Assembly: GCA_009841255.1 (NCBI GenBank)
Contig: VXMD01000038.1
Span: 6,177-70,176, forward strand
Origin: Candidatus Poribacteria bacterium
GTDB lineage: Bacteria; Poribacteria; WGA-4E; WGA-3G
DNA: 64,000 bases
Direction of reading: 5' to 3'
Shown: in pieces, positions 1-9,234 of the stretch
Numbering within the stretch: the first letter of the stretch is position 1
How the letters are laid out: each line of letters begins with the position of its first letter
The notes under the pieces: model-generated
The model's database searches: none
Told to the model about the DNA's origin: nothing
The model's input: only the letters and a program-made list of their open reading frames with translations
Position numbers and translations under genes: made by a program

Positions 1-377
1 CGTGGAACGACGTTACGACGAACCTCCCGTTCCCTGTTGCACATTTCAGGGGAGTAACCTTTGCTGGATCAACCGTTTGTGTCGCAACCGATAGAGGGGT
101 CGTCTATTCAAACGATGGCACGCACTGGCACGCGACAACAGATACAGAGGGCACACCCATCGTTATAGAAAGGTTTGCGGTAGACGGGACAATGCTGTAT
201 GGAACAAGCGAACGACAGGTGTACCAATTCAAAGAGAGCTCAGGTGTGTGGCAACAGGTCGCACCGGAAATCCTAATGCCTATTAAGGCTCTTGTTGTTG
301 ATGAGAACGTGCTTTATATCGGTGCCAGTGGCAGTGGTGTGCTTCGCTTCGCTCTGGACGAAAAGTATCGGCGTTGA
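1..377 (+). CDS. 3' end of a CDS that starts before the window (5'-partial). It encodes the C-terminal BNR/Asp-box beta-propeller blade of a paralog of the ECF-sigma/beta-propeller fusion protein at 12299..15433.
   Basis: Frame-3 translation from position 3 gives ...WNDVTTNLPFP...VATDRGVVYSNDGTHWHATTDTEGTPIVIERFAVDGTMLYGTSERQVYQFKESSGVWQQV...LYIGASGSGVLRFALDE*. This aligns nearly residue for residue with the last ~110 aa of the 1044-aa protein (...WNDVTADIPFS...VATDKGIAYSSDGTHWHATTDTEGRTPVISRLAVVGTTVYGQTDQHVYLLKEGSNIWKQATPEL...LYIGTANRGVLRFTLDE*). Confidence 0.8.
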   Translation, partial: WNDVTTNLPFPVAHFRGVTFAGSTVCVATDRGVVYSNDGTHWHATTDTEGTPIVIERFAVDGTMLYGTSERQVYQFKESSGVWQQVAPEILMPIKALVVDENVLYIGASGSGVLRFALDEKYRR

Positions 378-513
378 CGGAACTGAATATACTATTTTTC
401 ACAGTGACCTGCGGTGGTGCGCGGTTGAGAGGGTTCCTCACACCCCCGCATGCTCAGAATCTACAAATAACCCTCTAAAAAACTGGAATATACACAACTT
501 AAGGAGCATAAAA

Positions 514-1227
514 ATGTTAAAAACGATTCGACGATTCACACCGATTACGGTATTAGCAACTTTATTGATGGTAATAGGCATACAATTGCCCCTCCAGGCA
601 GGCACACATCAGTTACTCTTTGACGAAGATGCAATTCAAGACCCTGGTAGTTTGATCGTGAAACTACAAGACACGCGTGCACCAGTGTCCAAATTTATCG
701 CATCGCAATTGTCCGAAGATATGCAGTGGGTGTTACTCGGATACAATGGCGCAGGCACACCCTCCCCTCAGCAGCAGGAGGTATTGCTTTCAGACCTAAA
801 TCAACTGCTGCAAGCGGGTTCTCTCTACGATGCGCAACGGTTCGCCAGCATTGAACTCAGTGAACAGACGCAGGTGCTCATCGCAGAAAATCCGAAAAGT
901 GGGGAAGCATTGATTCGCCTAAACCGGTGCCTCTTAGTAGACGCCTATCCGCACGAACTTGCCTCACTTTCAGAGCAACAAAGTGCTGAGGCTTCCAAAG
1001 GGATTGAGACGTGCAGAGAAAATTTGCGGCAGATAAAACGCGCCCGTGATGATTATAGGGCTGCCAACGCCGATACAGATCCGCAATGGCTTTCTGATCT
1101 TTCTCCGCAGTATCTGGACGAAAAAGTTCTCCTCTGTCCAACGGACCCAACGACAGGCGTCCCTGGCGTTCTTACCGAAGATGCCTCGGATCCGATGCTG
1201 CCGTGCAGTTATCTCTACGAGATTTGA
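514..1227 (+). CDS. Hypothetical secreted or membrane-anchored protein. N-terminal hydrophobic segment MLKTIRRFTPITVLATLLMVIGIQLPLQAG.
   Basis: ATG at 514 preceded by AAGGAG at 501-506. The ORF-track start at 292 overlaps the upstream gene and lacks an RBS. Signal/TM-like N-terminus. No recognisable catalytic motif. Confidence 0.55.
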   Translation: MLKTIRRFTPITVLATLLMVIGIQLPLQAGTHQLLFDEDAIQDPGSLIVKLQDTRAPVSKFIASQLSEDMQWVLLGYNGAGTPSPQQQEVLLSDLNQLLQAGSLYDAQRFASIELSEQTQVLIAENPKSGEALIRLNRCLLVDAYPHELASLSEQQSAEASKGIETCRENLRQIKRARDDYRAANADTDPQWLSDLSPQYLDEKVLLCPTDPTTGVPGVLTEDASDPMLPCSYLYEI

Positions 1228-1251
1228 CCTTCTGAGAAAGAGGAGCAACAC

Positions 1252-1749
1252 ATGCTGTGGACACCGGAAGGTGATATGATACCTATCGTTCGTTGTGAAC
1301 ACCACCGTCTCAACCTAAGTCTGGGTGGGAAACTCTATCGCAACGGTCCGCAAAGGGGCATTTATAATAGCAACAAAATGGGGTTCTCCGCGCTCGCCGA
1401 CGTTGTGCGTGACTTACGTAAACAACACGGAGCCGCGTTTCTCAAGACCCAAGAAGGTCGAAAGAAACTCAAACAAGCGACTGAAGAAATAGTCTTGGGG
1501 AAATTTGTGCCAAAACTGCTGAGTGCTTTGGAGCATGAGATTCACACGCAGCTTGAAGCACAACTCGGAGAAGGTATTCTCGAGACCCCAATAGGGATGG
1601 GTATCCTCAAAGAAGCCATCCCGCAGGTGGAAAGCCAAGTAAAAGAACAACTACAGTCGCAACTTGAAGCACAGCTGGGAGCAGCCTTCCTGAAAACCGA
1701 AGAGGGTCAGGACCTCCTCCAGCAATTAACGGATCTGATATCCCTGTGA
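1252..1749 (+). CDS. Hypothetical protein with internal sequence repeats: (H/L)GAAFLKT(Q/E)EG and QLEAQLG(E/A) each occur twice.
   Basis: RBS AGGAGC 10 nt upstream of the ATG. 24-nt gap after the upstream gene suggests an operon. Repeats are visible in the translation. Confidence 0.5.
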   Translation: MLWTPEGDMIPIVRCEHHRLNLSLGGKLYRNGPQRGIYNSNKMGFSALADVVRDLRKQHGAAFLKTQEGRKKLKQATEEIVLGKFVPKLLSALEHEIHTQLEAQLGEGILETPIGMGILKEAIPQVESQVKEQLQSQLEAQLGAAFLKTEEGQDLLQQLTDLISL

Positions 1750-1797
1750 TGTACCACAACAAACACTGAGCTGACAAAAAACATAGGAGAAATTACC

Positions 1798-3246
1798 GTG
1801 TTAACGACATTGATTCAAAAAGAAATCATGCATCACATTCTCAGCGTCCGGTTCGCCGCGCTCTTATTAATGTGCGTGCTGCTCATCCCGCTCACCCTTT
1901 CGATCAATTATCGTAGGTATAGCCAGAACTTAACGGATTATCAAGAGTCGGTAAAACGTACACGGGCAGAAGCATCGAAAAATCCACCGAATGCCACAGA
2001 CCCAAACACGGAAGTTTCCAAATTCTTCCTTAAGCCCACGCCGCTAAGCGTCTTCGCGAACGGTTTAGAGGAAGCCCTGCCGACCTATCTTGGCATGACG
2101 CGTAACGGTGTGCGACAAGGTTCAGCAGGGGTTTCACAGGCATCCGTGGCGTATGCACTCGGGAACCTTGACTTCCTGTTTATTGTGGGGACGGTTTTCA
2201 GTCTGTTGGCACTTCTGTTTACGTGTGATGCGGTTGCGGGGGAAAAAGAGGCAGGCACGCTTCGGATAAACCTATCAAATCCGCTGCCGAGAGATGTGTT
2301 TCTGTGGAGCAAGCTGATCGGTGGATACATTGTGTTCGTTGTTCCATTTTTGGTATCCTTCCTCTTGGGATTACTCCTGCTCGTCGGGCAGGGATTCCCT
2401 TTAGGTGAACTCAATGTTGCGCTGCCTGTGCTGGGTCTGACACTTGTCTCGCTCCTCTATATTGCAGTCTTTTTTGCAATAGGTGTCGCAATTTCAACGT
2501 ATCTTGACAACTCCAAGACTGCGCTGATTGTGGCTTTTACGTTTTGGGTGTTTGCGGTGCTCATTGCGCCACGTGGCGCGTTTGTCGTCGCGAAACTCGT
2601 CGCTCCCACCCGGACACAACAGACTGTTTATATGGAGAAAACCGCACTTCGTAATAACCTGACAAAAGATAAGGAAGAGAAGATTTCGGAAAAAATGGCT
2701 TTAGCTTTCGCGAACGAGGATGGCACTATCGGTATCAACCTAAGCAATCCAGAGACGCAAAAAAAGATGGATAAACTCAGGGGACCGATTGATGAACAGT
2801 TTCGACTGGAGTTTCAGAACCAAGCCGGTAAAATTGACAGGGACTATCAGCGCGAACAGTTTCGGCAAGAGCAGATTGGTGAGATGCTTTCCCGGATCGC
2901 GCCAACGTCTTCACTCACCTATTTTGCGATGAACCTCACCCAAACCGGCAAGTTGAAAAGGGACACCTACTTTCAAACGGGTGAGCGATACTACGATCAA
3001 CTCGATGATTCGTATTTCAGCGAAATTTCAGGCGACGTGCTTGCACAGTTTATGCAGTTGGCAAGGCAGTCAGAGCATGATTCTTCTGAATCGGAAACAG
3101 AGAAAATCTTACCGCCTCCAACGCTGATAGAACCCACTTTATCGGACACAGTGCGTCGCTCTGCGGTGGATGTGCTCTTACTCGGTTTTTTTGCCTTAGC
3201 GTTTACAGCGGTGGCGTTCTTGAAGTTCTTCCGCTCCGATATCTGA
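1798..3246 (+). CDS. ABC-2 family transporter permease (NosY/GldF-like), with a long soluble insertion before the last TM helix.
   Basis: GTG start with AGGAGA RBS. N-terminus KEIMHHILSVRF. Signature DAVAGEKEAGTLRINLSNPLPRDVFLWSKLIGG matches the ABC-2 'GE.E.GTL..LLS.P..R..I..GK' motif. Multiple TM helices. No cognate ATPase gene is adjacent. Confidence 0.7.
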   Translation: MLTTLIQKEIMHHILSVRFAALLLMCVLLIPLTLSINYRRYSQNLTDYQESVKRTRAEASKNPPNATDPNTEVSKFFLKPTPLSVFANGLEEALPTYLGMTRNGVRQGSAGVSQASVAYALGNLDFLFIVGTVFSLLALLFTCDAVAGEKEAGTLRINLSNPLPRDVFLWSKLIGGYIVFVVPFLVSFLLGLLLLVGQGFPLGELNVALPVLGLTLVSLLYIAVFFAIGVAISTYLDNSKTALIVAFTFWVFAVLIAPRGAFVVAKLVAPTRTQQTVYMEKTALRNNLTKDKEEKISEKMALAFANEDGTIGINLSNPETQKKMDKLRGPIDEQFRLEFQNQAGKIDRDYQREQFRQEQIGEMLSRIAPTSSLTYFAMNLTQTGKLKRDTYFQTGERYYDQLDDSYFSEISGDVLAQFMQLARQSEHDSSESETEKILPPPTLIEPTLSDTVRRSAVDVLLLGFFALAFTAVAFLKFFRSDI

Positions 3247-3270
3247 TGCGAAGGATGTATTACCACCAGT

Positions 3271-3291
3271 GGCGGGGTTCCCAACCCCGCC
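3271..3291 (+). terminator. Perfect 9-bp GC-rich hairpin (GGCGGGGTT-CCC-AACCCCGCC), 25 nt after the ABC-2 permease stop. There is no U-tract, so it may be a Rho-dependent or stabilising structure.
   Basis: Inverted repeat read directly from the sequence. No T-run follows. Confidence 0.35.
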
Positions 3292-3554
3292 TACCCACAC
3301 CGTCAAAGTAATTCTGGATTTACGATAAAACGTGAATCTCCATAATTTTCCCCACCAAACACCCATTCTTCCTCCAATCGTTTTTTCACAACCCATTGCT
3401 GAAATATTTACACACCGACTTTTGGATAAATCTGTGCTATTGTTGACAAATATGCTAATCGCGTATCGGAAATCATCGGCAAAGACCGTATTGACGGCGG
3501 TATCTTGTTTGCTGACGCCTGACTGCTGATAGCTGAAAGTCGTTTGAAAAATAA

Positions 3555-3584
3555 TGCAACCTTTTAAAAACTAAGTTACGTCAC
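3555..3584 (+). promoter_or_regulatory. ECF-sigma-type promoter motif TGCAAC-N18-CGTCAC (copy C), 82 nt upstream of the 3666 gene.
   Basis: TGCAAC at 3555-3560 and CGTCAC at 3579-3584. The same hexamers with the same 18-nt spacing occur at 10612, 12230 and 19155. AAC in the -35 element and CGTC in the -10 element are ECF hallmarks. Confidence 0.55.
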
Positions 3585-3665
3585 CTAAATCAATGGCAAA
3601 AAATTACTTCAGAAATTCCAGAGGCTATTGTCTCTACCCCATTATTTATTGCAAGGAGATTAAAA

Positions 3666-4511
3666 ATGAAAACCTTAATGATCGGATTTCTCATTCTGGC
3701 GATGATGAGTGGACCCCTCAACGCTGCTGAGAACGATACACCTAACAAAAAAATTACACTTAACCTTGACAGCAGGTCAGAAGTGTCCGTCAAAGGCTTC
3801 ATTGCCCCGATTACGGATACCATGTCCAACTTCCACGTAACGTGGGAGGCATTGGCAAATCTACGCGCTGCTGAACCAGAGAAACAGCATCCGGCATCGG
3901 TCTTCCGCGCTTTTCTTCCAGACAAAGCCGTTTTGGTCGGCGAACTCTGGGAAATTGAGGAAACGGGTGTGTTAGAATTGCTGCGGCAACTTCATCCCAA
4001 TCCGAATTTGAAAATGCATATCAATGCAGGTGATTCCTATGGGTTGTGGGCATGCCTGCGCGCTTACAATGATACATTCGCCGACATCGTGTTTCGGATC
4101 CACGCAGAGTTCAAGTTAGAAAATGGATGGTTTACTCCGTCTCAGTTCACTGGACATCTTGTGATTGATCGGATTCAGGAGAGGGTGGCATTCTTTGAGA
4201 TGTCCGTCCCTGAAGGTGTTGTAAACTTCGATGTAAACAGAAGGCACAAAAACGCACGGAGTTTTGGAACCGATATGGGTTTTTGTCCGCAAGTAGAACT
4301 CCATGCTGGAACACCCGGTGTTCTGCGAGACACGCAATTCGCAGAAACTATCACCCAAGAAGCAGCGGAACGCGCCTTAGCCCTACGTTTCTATAGGTCA
4401 CAGCAGATTAACTGGGTATCCTTAGAGGAAGCGTTGAACATGGTACAAGCACAACAGAAGCCGATTCACGCTATCTCTATCGATGGACCGTTGGCTGATG
4501 AGGCGTGCTGA
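3666..4511 (+). CDS. Hypothetical secreted protein. Signal peptide MKTLMIGFLILAMMSGPLNAAEN.
   Basis: RBS GGAGA upstream. Clear N-terminal signal peptide. Ends ...DGPLADEAC followed by TGA. The same frame continues open into the next ORF. Confidence 0.6.
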   Translation: MKTLMIGFLILAMMSGPLNAAENDTPNKKITLNLDSRSEVSVKGFIAPITDTMSNFHVTWEALANLRAAEPEKQHPASVFRAFLPDKAVLVGELWEIEETGVLELLRQLHPNPNLKMHINAGDSYGLWACLRAYNDTFADIVFRIHAEFKLENGWFTPSQFTGHLVIDRIQERVAFFEMSVPEGVVNFDVNRRHKNARSFGTDMGFCPQVELHAGTPGVLRDTQFAETITQEAAERALALRFYRSQQINWVSLEEALNMVQAQQKPIHAISIDGPLADEAC

Positions 4512-4568
4512 GGGAGCGGCAAAAGCCTGAGGGCAGTTGTCCTCTCCAACAACCGAGTCATTGAGTTT

Positions 4569-5237
4569 TTGAATGAAAATTTCATCAACATCTGGGTGTC
4601 GAATGTCGAATTGGGACGTACGCCTAATAAGCAGGATTTTATCACGCTGAGACGCGAATATGGGTTTAGACTGTTTGACACAGCGAATCCCTTGGCACAG
4701 GCGATTATGAAAGGCTGGAAGAAAAACTCGCCATCGGATTCTTTGGTTATCTCGTCTGAATTCGAATTGATGGGTAGACAGCCCGTCAATGAACTTCCGG
4801 GCGCGAACAAAGCGCAATATTACCTAACGTTTCTCAAAGAAGCTTTAGCTGGACACCTTCCGGGATTTGGTGGGGAGATCCCAGAACTTCAACCCGAGAA
4901 ACCGGAGTCTGAAAAAGTGTCATCAGCACCGCAAGGGCAATCTGCAGAAGATGCCATGAACGCCTTCGTGAAGGCATTTAAGAATCTTGACGCAGAGGTA
5001 ATGCGTTCGATGCTTACAGGACATGCCAGAGAAACATTTGAAATTGATGCTGAAAACATGCCAGAGGATATACGGACACAGTTCAGTCAAATATTGAGGC
5101 ACATGAAGGTTTTAAACAGCCAATATGTGGGTGACGAATTCCACTTCCGATTGAGAGTCCCGGGGTCAACCCCGCCGGAGGTATCTGTTAAGATGCGAAA
5201 AATGGAAGGTGTGTGGCTCATTTATGAGGTCGAGTGA
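4569..5237 (+). CDS. Hypothetical protein. The TTG start is weak and the ORF is in the same frame as the upstream ORF.
   Basis: ORF of 222 aa. The only in-frame start candidate is TTG at 4569, with no good SD. 19 sense codons link it to the TGA of the upstream ORF. Confidence 0.45.
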   Translation: MNENFINIWVSNVELGRTPNKQDFITLRREYGFRLFDTANPLAQAIMKGWKKNSPSDSLVISSEFELMGRQPVNELPGANKAQYYLTFLKEALAGHLPGFGGEIPELQPEKPESEKVSSAPQGQSAEDAMNAFVKAFKNLDAEVMRSMLTGHARETFEIDAENMPEDIRTQFSQILRHMKVLNSQYVGDEFHFRLRVPGSTPPEVSVKMRKMEGVWLIYEVE

Positions 5238-5341
5238 TTCAAATGACAGAATGAAGGACAGCACACCCGTGTGTGGAGTGTCCGTGTTTTGGATAGATTA
5301 GGAAACCGCTTGTAGCATGAACTGTTAGTTTGCATGGTAGA

Positions 5342-5370
5342 TGACACAAACCGACAGTTTATGCTACAAT
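5342..5370 (+). promoter_or_regulatory. Putative sigma70 promoter TGACAC-N17-TACAAT upstream of the ABC exporter operon.
   Basis: Hexamers and 17-nt spacing read from the sequence, 55 nt upstream of the ATG at 5425. Confidence 0.35.
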
Positions 5371-5424
5371 AGCCACTTATAGAACTCATATTATTGTGAG
5401 GACGCAAATGAGGTATCATTGTAG

Positions 5425-7266
5425 ATGGCTTCCGATAATTCTCACGCCCCCAACACAGAATCAGTATCGCGTCCATCGGTACTGAAAACGCTCCGCCGCT
5501 TTTGTTTCGTGGCGTGGCACGTCAGCCCGTTCGGCGCGATTGTTCAGGCGCTCCTGACGCTCGTATACGGAGGCATTCCTATTGGCATACTTTGGGCAAG
5601 TCGAGGACTCGTAAACCTTATTGCCGCCATCCTCGCCAACGAAACAGAACCGAGTCTACAGACCGCCGCACCCTGGGTGATCGCATTGGTCCTTCTGGCG
5701 ATTCTCAGAAATGTAACAGGCACGTATGACAGTTACTTGCGATGGAAGATGCAGAACCGCATTAGACTCTACCAACAGTGTCTTCTGATCGAAGCCGCAA
5801 CCCATATCGATTTTGCCGTTTTCGACCAGCCACAGACCTACGATTTGATCCAACGGGCGCGACAGGCTCTGGACCATCGGCTCACCAATGTCCTACGATT
5901 TTTAACCGAGATCGGGCAACTCTGTGTAACACTCATCGGATACGGTGTCCTGCTTTGGATCGCAGATCCGCTACTTGTACTTGTGGTCGTCCTACCCGCA
6001 ATCCCGTCGGCGTGGCTGAAAATTAAGACTGCTAAAAGCGGATACATCCACGATTACGATGCCACACCCGTCCGCCGTATGATGGCGTATATGCTGAGTT
6101 TATTGCTCGGTCCATCGTCTGGACAGGAGGTCCGACTCTACGGTCTTTTCGATCCGCTTTTCGGACGCTGGCGAACGAACCATCAAAAATGGCGAGAAGA
6201 GTCGCTTGCAAAGGTCTGGCTCCAAGCAAAAGGCTCTATCGGCACAACGCTTGCTGAAGTGCTTGCCTATTCTGTCGCGATCTTCATACTTGCTGAACGG
6301 ATCGTAAATGGAGAATTGACGCTTGGAGATTATGTGGTTCTCATCGGCGCCGCTGGAACGTTTCAAGCGGATCTTGAGAGTTTGCTGAGTGCGATACGAG
6401 ACGTCTTTGAAGATCTGCCGTTGCTTCAAGATTTACACTTTTTCTTGGAACGTGCGAAACGGGATCAGAGCCAAGCGGGAACACAGCAATTTCCACAACC
6501 CTTACAAACGGGATTAGAGGTCCGAAATCTTCGCTTCCGGTACCCAGAGGCGACTGAGGACGTGCTGCAAGACATAAATTTTCATGTGCGTCCCGGAGAG
6601 GTCATCAGCATCGTCGGGGTCAACGGTGCGGGGAAGTCAACACTCATCAAATTGCTACTCGGTCTCTATCAACCCGATGTTGGAACAATCCGCTATGACG
6701 GTATGCACGTGAAGTCAATTGACCCCGAACAGATTGCCCTTAACTGTGCCGCCGTTTTTCAGGATTTTGCGCGGTTCCGTCGACCGGTCCGTGAGGAATT
6801 AGTGCCAGGTCCACCGAACTATCATATTGAGGAAGAAACGCTGCAGCGCGTTATCAATGCGGTCGGTCTTGAGGAGCGTTTTCAGACCTTTCCACGCGGT
6901 TTAGATACATTTCTCGATCCGTCGCTTGGAGAAGAGGGTGAAGGCGTCGAGTTATCTGGCGGAGAATGGCAAAAGGTCGCGTTGGCGCGGGCTTTGGTCC
7001 GAAACCCACAAGTCCTCGTCCTCGACGAACCGACCGCCGCCTTAGATCCCCAAGCCGAAGTAGAACTTTACCAACAATTTGTTGAACTTGCATCGGGACG
7101 GATGACGTTCCTCATCTCACACCGGATCGGATCCGCTCGTCTCGCAGACCGTATTTTAGTATTAGACGCTAGTCGTATCGTTGAAGATGGCACACATGAC
7201 GCACTCCTCGCTACCAACGGACGTTACGCCCAATTCTTCAGAGCACAGGCGCGTTGGTATCAGTAG
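5425..7266 (+). CDS. ABC exporter, fused TMD-NBD (MsbA/type I exporter fold), subunit 1 of a probable heterodimer.
   Basis: Six TM N-terminal half. Walker A GVNGAGKST. Signature LSGGEWQKVALARAL. Walker B LVLDEPTAALD. H-loop ISHR. Confidence 0.85.
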   Translation: MASDNSHAPNTESVSRPSVLKTLRRFCFVAWHVSPFGAIVQALLTLVYGGIPIGILWASRGLVNLIAAILANETEPSLQTAAPWVIALVLLAILRNVTGTYDSYLRWKMQNRIRLYQQCLLIEAATHIDFAVFDQPQTYDLIQRARQALDHRLTNVLRFLTEIGQLCVTLIGYGVLLWIADPLLVLVVVLPAIPSAWLKIKTAKSGYIHDYDATPVRRMMAYMLSLLLGPSSGQEVRLYGLFDPLFGRWRTNHQKWREESLAKVWLQAKGSIGTTLAEVLAYSVAIFILAERIVNGELTLGDYVVLIGAAGTFQADLESLLSAIRDVFEDLPLLQDLHFFLERAKRDQSQAGTQQFPQPLQTGLEVRNLRFRYPEATEDVLQDINFHVRPGEVISIVGVNGAGKSTLIKLLLGLYQPDVGTIRYDGMHVKSIDPEQIALNCAAVFQDFARFRRPVREELVPGPPNYHIEEETLQRVINAVGLEERFQTFPRGLDTFLDPSLGEEGEGVELSGGEWQKVALARALVRNPQVLVLDEPTAALDPQAEVELYQQFVELASGRMTFLISHRIGSARLADRILVLDASRIVEDGTHDALLATNGRYAQFFRAQARWYQ

Positions 7267-7322
7267 GAACTTTTGATTAAATGACCCTGCCACGCCATTT
7301 ACCCGCAAGGAACAATTGAAAA

Positions 7323-9155
7323 ATGCGAAACGCTAACGGACAATTGAAAACATGGGGATCAGCCGCCAAGGAAAGTTTCGTCGCTTATGCTCGAACTTTG
7401 GTTGTTATATGGCAAAGCGGTTCGCTCGCTGTCTTGGGTATGTTCCTGCTCACCTTATTGCCCGGTCTTGTGCCTGCTTGCCAGTTTTTTGTGACGGAAC
7501 GCTTAGTCAATGCAATCATCGATGCGGTCGGCGAGGCAAACTGGTGGCAAATGGTTTTGCCGTGGCTCATCGGATTGGTGGGTTTACGTATTCTTAGCAC
7601 GGGTGTCGATCTATTGCGAGAACCGCTGTATACGCACTTAGGTGAAAACATTGAAATCTGGATTAACGACGGTATCGCCCGGAAAGTCGATACAGCAGAA
7701 TTAATCGAAATCCAAACCGCAGAATTTCAAGATTCACTGGAACGGGCACGCGCTGTCTCGGGACTCGTACTCCAGAATGTCCTCTGGTATCTCGTTGACA
7801 GCCTTCAACAACTCATCAGTGTCGTCACACTTGGCATCGTGCTGTGGCAGTATCATCCACTCTTGGCATTGCTCCCTGCATTGACGGGGGTTGCCTCTTG
7901 GTGGAGTGACACGCGTTTTTCGGCGGATCTTTACGATTTTGACGTGGAGCAGACCGCCCAACGGCGCGAACAGGATGCCTTGGAAGGAATCCTAACGGAT
8001 CGCGGCACAGGCAAAGAAATTCGGTTATACCAAACCCAAAACGTATGGATAGCACACTGGCATCGCTTAGGACAATCGCTTATAGACGGTCAAATGGGCA
8101 TACGACGGAAGAAATTCTCAGTCTGTCTTGCGCTTGATACCACACGCGGCTTGTTATACGCAGGATCGCTCATTCTTTTATTGTTGGAAGTCTTTCGTGG
8201 CGAGTTGACCGTCGGCACATATATTGCCGCTGCCGCCGCCTTGGTCCAATTAGACGGCATCTGGGACGCTGTCGCCTTTCAATTTCAGGCGATCGTTGAA
8301 GAAATGCGTCCACTGTTTGGGGATCTGTATCGGTTTCTTGACAGACAGTCCGATACTCGGGCCCCTGACACAACCGGTGGAAAAATAAATGAATTCGACG
8401 GAGACAGTACGGTTCAAGATATTGCAGTAGAAGACATCTCATTTTTTTATCCAAATTCGGAAAAACCGGCGTTAACTGATATAACACTCACATTCAAAAA
8501 AGGCGAACGGGTTGCAATCGTTGGACCCAATGGTGCAGGGAAGACCACACTGGCACGTGTATTATTGGGACTCTACCGACCACACTCCGGCAGCGTTCGT
8601 GTCGGAGAGATACCCTTAACCAAAGAGAATCGTCGAGCGTGGCTCACACACTGCAGTGCCGTGTTTCAGGACTTTACGCAGTACCACCTTACCGCACGTG
8701 AGAACATTACCTTCGGTGACCTCGAACATCCAGAACGCATGGAAACGGCATCTATCGCCGGTGGTGCGGCTTCAGTTGTTGACGGACTCGCAGAAGGTTA
8801 CGAGACAATCCTCGGTCCCACTTTCGGTGGCCGTGATCTCTCCGGTGGTGAATGGCAACGTCTCGCAACAGCCCGGAGTTTCATGCGGGAAACCCCGTGG
8901 CTTGTTGTCCTCGATGAACCGACTGCCGCGCTCGATCCGCTCGCTGAACAGGCGGTCTATGAACGCTTTATTGAACGGAGTGTCGGGCAGACGTCCGTGC
9001 TCATCTCGCATCGGCTCTCTTCTGTCCGCACCTGTGATCGGATTCTCGTCCTTGACAACGGAAGCATTGTCGAAGACGGTGACCACGAAACGTTATTGGC
9101 AAAGGATGGGCTTTATGCCCAGTTCTTCAAAGCGCAAGCGCAATGGTATGTTTGA
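7323..9155 (+). CDS. ABC exporter, fused TMD-NBD, subunit 2 of the probable heterodimer.
   Basis: Walker A VGPNGAGKTTL. Signature LSGGEWQRLATARSF. Walker B VVLDEPTAALD. C-terminus AQFFKAQAQWYV matches the partner's AQFFRAQARWYQ. Confidence 0.85.
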   Translation: MRNANGQLKTWGSAAKESFVAYARTLVVIWQSGSLAVLGMFLLTLLPGLVPACQFFVTERLVNAIIDAVGEANWWQMVLPWLIGLVGLRILSTGVDLLREPLYTHLGENIEIWINDGIARKVDTAELIEIQTAEFQDSLERARAVSGLVLQNVLWYLVDSLQQLISVVTLGIVLWQYHPLLALLPALTGVASWWSDTRFSADLYDFDVEQTAQRREQDALEGILTDRGTGKEIRLYQTQNVWIAHWHRLGQSLIDGQMGIRRKKFSVCLALDTTRGLLYAGSLILLLLEVFRGELTVGTYIAAAAALVQLDGIWDAVAFQFQAIVEEMRPLFGDLYRFLDRQSDTRAPDTTGGKINEFDGDSTVQDIAVEDISFFYPNSEKPALTDITLTFKKGERVAIVGPNGAGKTTLARVLLGLYRPHSGSVRVGEIPLTKENRRAWLTHCSAVFQDFTQYHLTARENITFGDLEHPERMETASIAGGAASVVDGLAEGYETILGPTFGGRDLSGGEWQRLATARSFMRETPWLVVLDEPTAALDPLAEQAVYERFIERSVGQTSVLISHRLSSVRTCDRILVLDNGSIVEDGDHETLLAKDGLYAQFFKAQAQWYV

Positions 9156-9234
9156 AGACTAACCCATATGAGAAGAACTAACGTACATCCATCCAGTCTC
9201 CTGACCTTACACGCATTGGGGAGAGGACAAAGCA

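Noticed and set aside
292-1227. ORF-track start at 292 giving a 311-aa protein that overlaps the upstream gene
   Set aside because: The first 74 codons overlap the 3' end of the sigma-propeller paralog CDS in another frame and have no RBS. The ATG at 514 has a perfect AAGGAG and begins a signal-like segment.
3332-3529. 65-aa ORF in the intergenic region upstream of the ECF-promoter copy C
   Set aside because: It has no RBS, its composition is unlike the neighbouring genes, and it overlaps the region that should hold the promoter for the 3666 gene.
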